Shown piece after piece: positions 12,099 to 24,250 of a stretch of DNA of 64,000 bases. The DNA is taken from assembly GCA_001643675.2 (NCBI GenBank), contig LSRY02000002.1, positions 1,178,001 to 1,242,000 on the forward strand, in the 5' to 3' direction. This DNA is from Monocercomonoides exilis PA203. Taxonomy: Eukaryota; Protista; Preaxostyla. The translations under genes were made by a program, and so were the position numbers. Within the stretch, counting starts at the first letter, position 1. Every line of letters begins with the position of its first letter. The notes under the pieces are model-generated. The model made no database searches. It was not told the origin of the DNA and was given only the letters and a program-made list of their open reading frames with translations.

Positions 12099-13015
12099 GA
12101 AACTTGGTTTTCAATTGTTTCCAACTGATTGTCTGTGATTGTTTGTGGATGTCCATTCCATCCAACCTCTCTTCCTGCTTTCTCCGCTCTTATCCCTCGT
12201 TTCCAGGCATCCTTTGAAATAACTTTGGCTTTCATTGCAGTTGCATATTCACCTTTGAAACCCTAGCGAATTGGAAATAGCGTTTTTGAGGGAGATTTGA
12301 ACACGCGATATTCCCTTGTTGCCAGAACTCTGTGCAATTGAGATGATGTCAATTCAGTTTTTTCTGTCATCAAAATAGGGAATGATCAATTTCTTCAGAA
12401 TTATCAAAATTAATATTTCTGTCATAGGCAATCCTTTTCAGATGCATGGTTCGATATTATGTTAATATATATATCTTCATTGAAACATTGAAATTATCAA
12501 CTTTCCAAAATTCTGCAGTAAATCAAACATGTGAATAAAATTAAAAATATCAACGTTCAGCTGGAAGAAGACATGATGAAGAAGAATAATGAATATTCTT
12601 TCATTATTTAACACAATTTCGATTGTTTTTGATATGTTTTTGTTTCAATTGTTCATTGCAATGAAAAACAAGAGAATGCTTCATTGAGAGGGTGCGGGTT
12701 TGGCACCAGGGTGCGGGTTAAGCACACATGGTATATCGTGGTTCAGTAACTTTTTTTGGTCTGGACTTTTGAAATATGGACAATTAGTTAAAAAGCACTT
12801 TCGTTGTTTGTATTTCTCACAAAAAACTCGAATAAATAAAATTTATTCTAATTTTATCTTGAAAAGTATTTGAAGTGGAAATCTGAATATTCAATAAAAA
12901 GCATCTTTTGACTTAAAAACTTTCATTTAAATAAATTAAATACTTGTTGAGATGATACTTCTTTGATTCCATTTTAAAAATTTGGAATTGTTGTGTGAAT
13001 TGAAAGAAAATGCTT

Positions 13016-13650
13016 TTAGACAACTCCAATTTTATTAGCAACATCAAGCGCTTCATATTGGGGAAGTAATCGAATGTAAGCTTTTTTCTCTCCTTTCGGA
13101 CTAAATATTAATTCAAAAACAATCAAACAATTAAAATATTGAAGTTATCGAAAAAATTTTAGCACACGTTATAAGTGTATTAATTTTTCTTATCTTCACG
13201 TTGTACAATTTCTCAAATGCTCTCTTTATTTTTGGTTTTGAGGCATTCATTGAAACGATGAAAACAAGAGTATTCAGTTTTTCAACTTTTTGCATAGCTG
13301 ACTCCGTTGTAACAGGAAAGCGAATAAGATCGTAAAAGTCATGACCTTTGATTGGAGCAGCAGATTTTCGTGGGAATTTGGGTTTTCTGCGAAGATATAA
13401 AGTTTTTGGCCTTCTGAAGTGAACGGACCTACGAATTTTGTGTTGCTTTGCTTTAAAATTATTGATATGTTTTTTTGATCGTTTGAAGATAAGTTCCAAA
13501 ATCCAGAAATGCAGAATATTGAAAAAGCAAAAATAAAGAATGAGAACAAAGTTTACAGTAAATTCATCAAGAAAAATTCAAAATTTCAACAAATAATATA
13601 AAAAAAGATTTGCGCATTTACAATTTGAATATACCTCGGACAGTTCTCAT
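13016..13650 (-). CDS. RPL23A: 60S ribosomal protein L23a/uL23 (3 exons)
   Basis: Spliced product MRTVRA|[17 protein letters not shown]...[22 protein letters not shown]...KINTLIT|[11 protein letters not shown]...DVANKIGVV*. Introns at 13451-13634 and about 13101-13167. Confidence 0.95.
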
Positions 13651-13747
13651 TTCAGCAAAATATCCATAAAAATCCGAAATTGAAAATGATCAAAAGAATT
13701 TAAATAATTATATTATTGATCAATTGAACATTTCCGTTAAAAATTTC

Positions 13748-14154
13748 ATGGCGGAAGTTTGATTGCTTTTTTTGACAAAAAATTAATATTTTTATTATAT
13801 ATTTATGATAAACGATTGCAGCTTGAAACTGTTAGAGATATTGGCTGGAAGTTGACAGCATATTGCAATTGCGATAGATGTAATGATATTCCAAAAACAA
13901 AAACCGAGAGTGGGCATATAATTAGCGAAAATGATCACCAATTTATTTGTGCAGCACCAAAGGATATTCCGTTTGGAACTGAAATTACAATAACCGGAGG
14001 ATGGAATGGAAAAGTTAGAGTTGAGGAAAGAGCAGATGGGGTGATTGGAAAACGTCTCGATATTTTCCAGAAGGATCACGCATCTGTCATTGCTTTTGGT
14101 GTGAAAAATGATTGCAATATCGAATATCAAATTAAAATGGCGAAGCTTTCGTAA
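13748..14154 (+). CDS. Stand-alone 3D (Asp-Asp-Asp, MltA-related) domain protein of bacterial type, 113 aa, 1 intron
   Basis: ATG GCG GAA|GTTTG...TGCAG|CTT GAA (intron 13757-13821). The motif series LTAYCNCDRC, TESG, AAPKDIPFGT, VEERADGV, RLDIF is collinear with the bacterial 3D pattern TAY, TASG, AxD/P..IPFGT, EDRGGAI, RIDIF. Confidence 0.82.
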
Positions 14155-14477
14155 TAACATGCTCTTTCATAACTTCATATTTTGTTGCATTCTGTTTTGT
14201 TTTTTATAATTGTTGATGTTGTTTTTTATTTTTCAATCATGGTTTGTGAGAAACAAATAACAATGATGTATAATTTACAGTTGAGAATTTTTCAATAATT
14301 GAAGTTTTTATTTTATAATTTTCTTCAAAATGTTTTCATCAAAATTAAAAAAAAAACAACTTCACCATCACATCCACATGCAAAGTGATACGACTAATTC
14401 TTCATGGGAAAAAATATCCCACAATAAACATATTCTTAAAAAGAAAATTTGTCTTTCTTCCAATACTCGTGTTTATC

Positions 14478-16047
14478 ATGAGTAGAGCCCAATATAACGA
14501 TAATTTATCTAAGCCCCCTCCAATTTTTGGTAGAAATTGGGCTTGCTGTTATGTTTACTTATCCATTTCTTCATTTTATGTTCAGTTTTAAACAGTTCAT
14601 TATTTATTTTAAAGGGGAGAATAATGTGGGGACCAAATTTATGTGCTGGCTGGGGGATGTTTCTTTTTGTTTCGTTTTTTGGAATCGGGTTTGAATTTTT
14701 TTTTTTTGAATATTAACACGTTATTGTATCGAGAATACAGATCTTCTGCAATTCTTTTTTCTTATTTAACTTTTTGGGAAAAAGTTATTATCACTCTTTT
14801 TGGCTATGCATTGGTTTTATTTAATTTATGGAAAGTTGAAACAATGGATCCAGGAATCTTACCAAAAGCCAAGCAACTTCCTCCTGGGCATAAACTGCTT
14901 TCAAGACCCGATGATCCATTACAACAAAATGTTATTGATTTGAGTTCCACTCAAAGTGATATGCTTTCCTCAATTCCTGATCCATTATTTCCAATAGTTA
15001 ATTCGATCGAACAGAATGAAGCTCATATGACAGTTAGAATGTACAATAAATCCCAAACCCAATTTGTTTCACTCAACAACGAAGAACACGCGCAACCAGT
15101 TAATGATGATTTGCAACAGGTAAAAATTGACATTGAAAAACCAGTCTGCAAAATTTAACAATTTGTTTCTTTTGAAAGGGATTCGATGATAATTTTGTAT
15201 TTAAATAGGTGGTGATTGGAAATAAATTTTGTCACGTGTGTGGAATTTATCGTCCAAGTGGCTGTAAGCATTGCTACGATTGTAACAATTGTGTTGCTGG
15301 TTTTGATCATCATTGCCCAGTTGTCAATAATTGCATTGGACAACGCAATCAGGGCTTTTTTGTGGGATTTTTGGTTTCATGTTCCACAACATTATGGATT
15401 TATACTGGAGTTGCTATAAAATTGATGATAAATTTGGTTCATTCCGATTTATCATTAAATGAGCAAGCGGTTGTTGAGACTTAATTGTATAGATTTTCAT
15501 AATTAAATCTTTTCATTTTTTTAAATTTTTGGATGTGTTGTGTTGCAAAATACACTTTCACCAAAATCCAAACATACATGAATGTATATACATTTTATTT
15601 AGATCCCAATGACATTATTGTTGATGGTTGCAGCAGTAGATTGTTCAGTTTCTGTTCCTGTATTTCTTTTTGGAGTTTATCACCTCTATCTTCTTTTCAC
15701 TGATCAAACATCAGTCGGACTTGCTTATAATGTTGAACGTTTGCTTTTATTTATTTAACATTCATATTTTTGTGTAAATATTTTTGATTTTTTTTTTCTA
15801 AATTTGGAATTTAATTTTCTTAATTTCAAAATTGTAAATTTATATGATTATTTTTTGTTTGAATGCTATTTTCATCCGATCTGCAGGAGGTAAAAGAAAT
15901 TGCTTTATTTCTTTTTATCAGCGTGCAATCAAAATCTCTCCACCTTTTATGGCAAAAAGAATTTATACCCACAAGAGGTGCTGGTTTAGTCGAACCGACA
16001 AATTACAACAAGAATCTCCAATTTTTCATTCAAATGCAATTGGATGA
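14478..16047 (+). CDS. DHHC palmitoyltransferase (Erf2-like), multi-exon
   Basis: CHVCGIYRPSGCKHCYDCNNCVAGFDHHCPVVNNCIGQRN, an upstream MDPGILP motif and hydrophobic segments. Exon limits are approximate. Confidence 0.92.
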
Positions 16048-16520
16048 TCAATAGAATTTCAGAGATATTCAGAAAAAATTTAGAGATTTCATAATTAATC
16101 CTAACTTGAGGTTTGTCTTCACATTGAAAAAAGTTTCATTTTTTTCTTTATAAGTCAAAATTAATGTAAGACGAATTGAAATGAAAAGATGAGAAACAGC
16201 TATTGTTTACATCAATAACCGAAAGTGAAACGTAATTTTTGAATGAAAATTTCAAACATAGTAATTTACAAGTGATTCATCAATATTATCAAAAACAAAG
16301 CATTCATTTATCATTTTATCTGAATGCATTTTATTATTTCATATGCAACAAAATTAAGCAACTTTTAACCATATATTAAAGATAATGTTCAAAATAATTG
16401 AATATTATAATATTTAATAATTAATATTTGTATAATTAACTTGTTTTAATAAAGTTTGATTAAAACATATCAAAATTTTCATCTTTTCAAAATTATGAGA
16501 AAAAAAATATTTTACAAAAT

Positions 16521-16593
16521 CGACCCGGATGGGGATCGAACCCACAACCTCAGGATCCGAAGTCCTACGCGCTATCCATTGCGCCACCAGGCC
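16521..16593 (-). tRNA. tRNA-Arg(UCG)
   Basis: GGCCTGGTGGCGCAATGGATAGCGCGTAGGACTTCGGATCCTGAGGTTGTGGGTTCGATCCCCATCCGGGTCG forms a cloverleaf with anticodon arm TAGGA-CT-TCG-GA-TCCTG and a TTCGA T-loop. A downstream T-run follows. Confidence 0.96.
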
Positions 16594-17090
16594 GTTCAAC
16601 GAAAAATATTTTTTGTTTTTAATTGCAATATTCTATTTGTTTATTTGAAGAGTGTGAAAAAGATTTTATTCAACATTTCATTTTTCTTTCATCAATTTGC
16701 AAATTCTTTTTTCTTCAATCTCTAAATTTGTCTTAACTGTTCTTTCATCATTTTATCTGGAAAAAATAACAGGAAGAGTTACACACTGTTTCATTTCAAA
16801 TGTTCAAGGTCCTATTCCTAATTTCCAATTTTATTAATTTTGCAGGAAACACTAAATAAAGAGCAATTGATTCCGTCCATCAAGTTCAAAGAAAGCTTGC
16901 ATATGAAAGAGCAGAAAGTGAACAACAGCTTTCAACCATCTCTGATCAAAGATGTTCGTTGTGAAGTGGATGTTTGTGAGTTAAATTTGTTTGATGCTCA
17001 AAATAGTCATTCCACCATTGGAGCATCTGTTCTAAAGAGCAAAAGCTAGCTTCAATAAAATATAAATAGAAAGCAGGTCAAAGAAAGGTT

Positions 17091-17360
17091 TTGAATCATT
17101 TCATCGAGGGCTTTATTGTTTTCGCTATTTTCACCATTTTGTTCCTGATAATTTTTTTTGAGTCGGTCATTCCAGCTGTGCGTTGGGGAAAGTTGAAACA
17201 GGAAGCAAAGAAATACTTGGAGATCAACAATGTTCCAGTTAAGAACAATCAGAAACTGATTGAGAAGGTGATGATGGAAATGTTGCCAGAGGAGAAGGTC
17301 TGCAAAACAGGTGATAATCCCTCTATTTCAACAAAAAGAAAAAAAAAAAAGAAAAAGTGA
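17091..17360 (+). CDS. Possible terminal exon or remnant of a single-pass membrane protein
   Basis: Hydrophobic stretch FIVFAIFTILFLIIFFESVIPAV followed by a basic/helical tail. There is no ATG start, and the upstream in-frame piece is broken by stops. Confidence 0.25.
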   Translation: MNHFIEGFIVFAIFTILFLIIFFESVIPAVRWGKLKQEAKKYLEINNVPVKNNQKLIEKVMMEMLPEEKVCKTGDNPSISTKRKKKKKK

Positions 17361-19397
17361 TTGCTCAAAAGTGAATAAGTGAAGACCATTAATAAAACAA
17401 AGAAGAGTTTTTTGTAGGAAATTTTAATGTACTTTATTAATGAATATATTTGCATTTTTTTTTTCTTTCTTTTGATTAACCTAATATGATTTTGCTGAAG
17501 CATGCCTTTTGTTCATTTTCTGTCTTCAAGATAAGACGAAGAACCCAAGGGAGTTGCAAAATACTTTTTCAAAAGAAGATTTGATAGCTGCTGATTGAAA
17601 ATGACTTTCATTTATCAAAAATTTAGTCTGGCCTCTTCTCCTGTGACTCTGTTTTCATTCATGCATCCTTTCTTTCATTTTTCAAAATTCATTCACCTGT
17701 TGCTTATTGGAGATAACCAATTTGATTGAAAAGACGAAATGCAAGTTATAGAAAACACCAAAATACTAATTTTTCAATTTGATGAGAATTACTCGCAGCA
17801 AAATCTTTGAAATTGAACAGAAAATCTGTGACCCTCAAGAGCAAACATGATTAACCACTTCTTTGAGGTGGAAGCTCAATCAAAAATTCAATTGATTCAA
17901 TGACAATTGTTTAAATTTCAAAGTTGTTGGTCATTCTCATCAAAAATCAGAATTTCTGCCACTGGAGAAATAAAAATATAATTGATATCGTAAAAAAATG
18001 TTGAGCTTGGTAGATTTTCAAATACACTTATTGAACTGATGTTTTCTGATAATGTTACCCATTTCATTTCACCTCAATGATGACTGATGTTTCAGATTCA
18101 TTTGATCATTCCATTGACATGGGTTTGGCAATATTGTCTTTCAAACAGAAAGAACATTAGGTGCAAGATAAACGATATTATTAGTGACATTTTCCCCCTG
18201 CAGAAGAACTTGTCAAAACAGGAAAGCTAAAATTTATCAAACATTTGATACATTTTTATATGGTTTCATTAAAAATAGTTCATTTTTGATAACCCCAAGT
18301 AAGCCCTTGACAATATTCTTTAAAAATATATTTTTTGTCCATAACAAGCAAAATGACTATGATTGGCTTCAAATATGATTTCATCTCATTTGTCTTAATC
18401 AAAAAGATCTTTGAAAAATTCATCTCTGATGGTGAACTCTTGTCGCATGATTCTAGTTGAAATTCTGTGATGGAATAAATGTGATTTTTATGTTACCAAT
18501 TTTTTAAAATGAAAGACGAGGCATATTGAAGAAATCCAAAATTTTTGTTTGAGAAGAAAATAATAATGCTCCTATCACTTATCGTTGAAATGAAAATTGG
18601 ATAATTATGGGGCAAAATTTTTGCATAAATGAAAAATTCAACAATTTGCAACAAACTTTTTCTACAATCTTGTCATTATAAGTCTTGCATTTTCGTGTGA
18701 AAAATATTTGAAATATTAGAAAAAATTTTTTTGTGAAAAATGTTTGAAAGAAATGCAGTTTATTCTTTATATCTATTTTTTTCAGAAAAAAAATATGAAT
18801 ACCACATGAAAAAGAGATGCATTCAAAGCTTGATATTCAAAGAGGAAGAAAAGCTAAAGAAATAAAAATTGGCTCAATTTGAAGTTTCCACAGATTGAAT
18901 GAAACACAGATGTCAGAGGATTGATGATCGGATAGATCACCCAAATAGAGGAAGAAGAGGAAGAGGAACAATGTGAAAGTGAAAGTGAAAGAGAACGAAA
19001 AGGAAAAGAACAAGGAGAAGATGATATCTGAGTGATCAGTGGAAGTGCAATCATTTGCTATGCTCATTTCAGTTTGCCTTGAAATAATTCACTTTGTTCT
19101 CTTCAAACTGTGCGTTTGACAAAGGAAAATTTCAGAATGAGATTTTTTCCACAAGTGAAAAAACAAAAATCATTAATAATTTTCGGTATTTCTTTGTGGA
19201 AATCATCTCCATTATTTTCTTCTTTGAGTGTTTTGGCTCACATTATTAATTCTCTTTTCTCCATCATCATCTTTGTTGCTTTTTGTTATTCCTTATTCAA
19301 CTGTTTTTTGCGTAGTTTATTTGCTTCTTCTTCTTCTTCTGAGGCTGCTCTTGTCTCTGTTCAATCTTCAGCATTTAGCCTATTCGAGCTGGACATA

Positions 19398-20406
19398 GGG
19401 TCAGCTTTTTAATGGGACTTTTTCCTTAATTGGCACTTTTTTTGTTTTCGCTTGCAAAATGTCGAGAAATGAGAAGTAGTTTTCAGCATTTTAAAAATCC
19501 TTTTTAACAAGTTTTATTCTATTTATTTATTGTTTTCATTTTTATTTTCGTTTTTTACACATCGAGAAATTTCGTTTTTTTGTTAAATTTAATAGTACTT
19601 TTTCTAGCCAACCAGGCAACTCAAAAAAAATTGGGGACATGTTTTATATAGCATTTGCGTTGAACTATTAATCTTTAAAATCTTTTTTTTCACAAACACT
19701 TTTTTCTTGATTTTTTCGCATTTCAAAATTTCATCAACATGATAACATAAAACTGATTATTTCTTTATTAATATAATGAAATGACAAAAATAAAAATATA
19801 ATATGAATGACTAACACTTTAAAAACCAAGTGTTGCGAAAATGAAACATTAATTTTTTCTATTTGTCTTTTTCCGGCAAATGGCGCAAACCAAAAATGAT
19901 CAATGATCAAGTCTTTGTAACAAAGTTAAATACTTGACAAGTAGATACAATAAATATTTTATTTTTATAATACTTCATTGTTAAAGCATTTGTTTTGCAT
20001 ATTATATTTTTATTTTTGTCATTTCATTATATTAATAAAGAAATAATCAGTTTTATGTTATCATGTTGATGAAATTTTGAAATGCGAAAAAATCAAGAAA
20101 AAAGTGTTTGTGAAAAAAAAGATTTTAAAGATTAATAGTTCAACGCAAATGCTATATAAAACATGTCCCCAATTTTTTTTTGAGTTGCCTGGTTGGCTAG
20201 AAAAAGTACTATTAAATTTAACAAAAAAACGAAATTTCTCGATGTGTAAAAAACGAAAATAAAAATGAAAACAATAAATAAATAGAATAAAACTTGTTAA
20301 AAAGGATTTTTAAAATGCTGAAAACTACTTCTCATTTCTCGACATTTTGCAAGCGAAAACAAAAAAAGTGCCAATTAAGGAAAAAGTCCCATTAAAAAGC
20401 TGACCC
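19398..20406. mobile_element. Young foldback/MITE element, about 1 kb, with 408-bp inverted arms
   Basis: Arms 19398-19805 and 19998-20406 are reverse complements. The only difference I spotted is A8 versus T9 in one homopolymer. The spacer is 192 bp and non-coding. Ends are TA|GGGTCAGC...GCTGACCC|TA. Confidence 0.93.
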
Positions 20407-21878
20407 TATTCATCTCTCCAGAAGCATGATGTTGCGTTTTCGACTATTCCACACAAAATCAATAAATTAGACACTCGGCGCAAAATGCTCCTCAAAGCTT
20501 AGTCTCTTCATCTGAACTGCACTGCTTCTGAAGAATGTCCAGAGGCTGTTATGATTCTTGCAATAGCAGAAACAGCAAACAAAAAAGCACTAGAATCCAT
20601 AAAGTGCATTCAAATATCCGTTGAAAACAGGCTTCAAAGCATTTCTAGCGTTAATAACATGCTGAATCAAACTTCATCGGACAACATGCTTTTCTTATAT
20701 CTTATCGAAAGGTTCATCTCGACAGCATTCAGAAATCAAGGCAAGAGTGTCTTTCGGTTTTGAATGAAAGATGTTTGCTCAGATGAAATTGAATGAATGG
20801 AAACAGAGATTAACATAAAATGAGGGGTTGTAAAGAAACGCAGCTTCTATGAAGTTTGAATGATATGTTTATGATAATCCCATTGATGTGAGTTGTGTGA
20901 GGAAGTTAATGGATAGCGCATCACTTCTGAATGGGAAGGAGATGAAATTGCTGCTCCGTTCGAGAAAGATTTAAATAACATGAGATTTAATTCAAAAAAA
21001 AAAAAAACCAAACGTTGATATATGTCAACATTTAGAAATATCATATTTCAAAGCGAAGAAATTTGGCCCTGGAAAAGTGGAGTTTTGATTCGAATCTTAA
21101 AATTTTTAAAGGCACTTCCTTTCACAAAATTAAAAAATCTACCACTTTTCTTTCATTCTTTTAGATTTCAGCAACACTATCAGCACATTCGTGAACCATC
21201 CATTTCTTCAATCTTTCATTTTACGAATTCGACGATTTTCACCTTTCCTCCAAAAAAGAAAATATTCAAAATCTTTGTGATTTCATCCTGTTTCGACAAA
21301 TATTGGACAGAATTCAATATTCATCCATCATCTTCATCTTGCACAAGTGGTACTATTCCTCGTTGTTATCCCCTTGTTATTCTGCTCCAAAATGAGAAGA
21401 TAGACGGTTTTGATTATTGGTCAGATTTCTGGGCTTTGGAAAGGTTACAGATAAATATCTTCACTTCATATAGAACAATATTTAACACGCACATGCAGAT
21501 ATTTTCATTAAATAACAAAAAATTGCCATTTCCTCATTCTTTCAATTTTTAAAACTATCAGACAACATTCCAAAATCTACACTTTTCTATCATTGTCTGT
21601 TGCCATCTCACAAAATAATACCGCATTTTCCGCAGAAGATGTTCATTTGCCAATCCTTTGTTTTTCCAACTGATATTTCAGACAAATGAAAAGATTCGAT
21701 CAAAATATCCATTATAACAAACAAAAATTGATTAAGTGTTGCCTCTCTTCAAATCCTTTACCAAAATATCAACAAAAGAAAAAATGGTATGAATGCATTA
21801 TTTTTTATGATTCTTTTGAGAATCAATTTATTTTAACTTTCTTTATCCAAGCAATGCTTATTCAATACGAATATCAAA

Positions 21879-21968
21879 ATGTCATTGCTTTCCGAATACA
21901 ATTCATTTTCAAAAATGAAGGAGACGAACAACACAAAAAAGTTCACAGGTTTGTATTCCTCGCTATAT

Positions 21969-22059
<91 letters not shown>

Positions 22060-23379
22060 TTGAAGCATTGTTAAATGGAATGGAAGAGTGCAATGAGGAA
22101 GAACAAATGCAGAAAATCAAGGAAATGAACGAAATGGTGGATCATATGAATGAAGAAGAATTTGAGTTTGTTTTCACAGAAGAACCATTCAACAAATTAG
22201 ACAAAATGATTGAAGAAAAGAAACTTTCAATGGAAAATACAATTTTGCTGTTGAAGCATGTTGGATGCTTGAAAATTCTGAAAAACATGCAGATTTATTG
22301 CTTTATTTATTCTAAATTGAGAAGAAGATTTGAAGAGATGATCATTGAAGAGGAGGGGAAGAAAGAAGAAAAGAATGAAAGGCTTTTGGTTGATCTTTGC
22401 GAATGCTTAGCTTTGCTAAATATCTCTATCCTTACAGATGAATTGCTTTCAATCATTATGCCTTGCCTTCTGAAGGTTGCCTCGAAGAAAGGCGAGACCG
22501 AAGAAGCTCAGAAGGAAGTGGAAATAACTTTGCTGGCTTTGAGCAATATTGGGAGTTATGTATGAGCACTTCTATTTCCTTTTTGATGTTAATTGCTATT
22601 TTTTTAATTCTGATTAGAATGCGCCAAAAGAACTTCATTTGAATGTGATCAAAACGATCATTGAACATCACCAGGAACATCACAACCTCACTCGACTTGC
22701 TTATCAGTCTGCTTGGCAGTTTTTGATGAATCGATTTTATTGGGACAAAAGCTTGGAAGAAGTGATAGTGAAAGAATTGCATTTTGCAAGAGAAGCAGCA
22801 AGAGAACTGGAAGATCTATCAAAGTGTATCGACTGGAATAGAAATGAAGAAGAAAATGGAAGAATAGAAGTGCATATTATCAGGAGATGGCTCTATAATA
22901 TTGATAATTACTTAACCTCGTGCGAATTGTGGAACGAAGAAATTGCTGGACTTATCAATTGCATTGTTCAAATGATTCGAGAATCAAGGGACAATCACAA
23001 AGATATTTGCAATAGATGTCTCGATTCACTTCGATGTGCAGCAGAAAATAGAAATGTGGAAATTGATGACTTGTTGAAAAGCGGAGCTATTGATGCTGTT
23101 ATGGAAGAGATTCACAAATCAACAATGGATGACATAATGATATACGCATTCTTGGTATTTTTTGAATTGATTTCAATTCGATTGAAAAGTAAAATGGATA
23201 ATAAAACTGATGAAGCAAAAAGTAAGGCAACAAAAAGAAAAGTGGCTGAAAAGATGGAAGAAGAAGGATGCGAAGATTTCGTCATTAGCTTTCATCGAGT
23301 TATTCCTTTTTTTAATAATGAATATAATTATAATGATGCTCTATCGTTGTATATTTCTGATTATTTTGTGATTATTTAA
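21879..23379 (+). CDS. Member of the Monocercomonoides-specific expanded helical-repeat hypothetical protein family (3 exons)
   Basis: MKETNNTKKFT|...EEQMQKIKEMNE...IEEKKLSMENTILLLKHVG...EEAQKEVEITLLALSNI|...HHQEHHNLTRLAYQSAWQFL...KMEEEGCED. Introns at 21949-22065 and about 22560-22617. Confidence 0.85.
21967..22061 (+). repeat. (ATTT)n microsatellite in intron 1
   Basis: About 24 tandem ATTT units. They produce the spurious YLFI repeat in the ORF track. Confidence 0.95.
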
Positions 23380-24250
23380 GGAAATGTTTCACAATATGTT
23401 ACACATATTTTTCCCCCCTTTTTTATTCATTTCACAAAATGGAAAACAGATAGTTTTAGTTTTTTTTAACAAAATTTTAAAAATTTTTCTGAAAAAAGCT
23501 GTGGAGCAATTTCTTCAAAACAAAGAAAAAAAAGGAAAGAAATAAGAAAGAATGAAAAACCGGTTCATTCATTTGCTTCTTTTTCATAAGAATTATTAGT
23601 GTTGAGTTTGACTGATACTTGAAGTTATTCACTTTAAGTTTAACAAACGATTTTCATTTTCTTCTTGAGAATGAATTGGCAGATTCATATTATTCCGGAA
23701 AAATTTTGAGTATTTTTTTGCAAACAAAATAATTCGACTCCCATTCAATTCGGATATTTGTCTCTTCCAAAAAGCTCATTGTTCTTTTTTTAACATGTTA
23801 TTTAATAGCATTAATCGATTTTTCAAATGACTTAACCAAAAATAATCATTGCGCAAAATTTGATAATTTTAACTCTAACAGTGCATTGGCTTTTCAAATT
23901 GTCAAGTCGTTCGCATGTTCTTTCACAATAAATCCCTTTTTATTATTAAGTTTTCGATAATGATTTTTTTTTCATTTTTATTTTAATTGGGTAAAGTTTT
24001 TTTTTCTTATTAAAAGTGAAATGTTTCATCAGTATTTTGTTATAACTTTTTCAAAACTTTTTTATTAAAATTTGAATACATACAAATACTGAGAAACGAT
24101 TCATGAAAAGATAGTTTGATTTGCTCCATAAAACAAAATCTGTGATGAAAGTTTTTTTTTTCATTTTTTGAAGAATGGTATTGTTTTGAAATGGGCGTTC
24201 ATTGGAGAATAAAAGGCAAATACTTGTAAAAAAATATGTAATTTGTAATT

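Larger units (their letters stand above)
8753..12370 (-). pseudogene. pogo/Fot1 transposase, copy 3 (N-terminal region + DDE_1 + low-complexity tail)
   Basis: ORF 9421-10350 has FNFDETS, LLLIDNHSTH and FPPNMTHLLQPCD, with 35 residues between D2 and D3. The N-terminal part is at about 12099-12370 plus 10391-10442, followed by intron 10342-10390. There is a frameshift at about 9485 (KTGVC/PVAAAP) into ORF 8753-9487 and an in-frame TAG near 12264. Confidence 0.9.
8498..12731 (-). mobile_element. Full-length-bounded pogo/Fot1-type DNA transposon (DD35D), disrupted by a nested insertion
   Basis: 44-bp TIRs at 8498-8541 and 12688-12731 (CCATtgGTGCTTAACCCGCACCCTGGTGCCAAACCCGCcCCCTC, 3 mismatches). 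TA on both flanks. Each TIR has an internal direct repeat AACCCGC(A/C)CCCT. An internal transposase is present. Confidence 0.93.

Noticed and set aside
2420-12370. In-frame TAA/TAG in transposase ORFs as possible TAR=Gln recoding, as in the oxymonad Streblomastix
   Set aside because: Housekeeping genes end in TAA, very long ORFs contain no in-frame TAR, and the TE copies also have TGA stops and frameshifts. This is ordinary decay.
13451-13634. Intronic C/D snoRNA in RPL23A intron 1
   Set aside because: A TGATGA box-C-like motif is present, but there is no downstream CTGA box D or terminal stem.
16414-16725. ORFs overlapping 16.4-16.7 kb
   Set aside because: They are chance translations across the tRNA-Arg gene.
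17500-21700. Coding-like fragments flanking the foldback element
   Set aside because: Probably decayed genes or TEs, but I recognise no motif and cannot assign strand or family.
21949-22065. YLFI tetrapeptide-repeat protein segment
   Set aside because: It is an (ATTT)n microsatellite inside a GT-AG intron whose length (117 nt) happens to preserve the frame.
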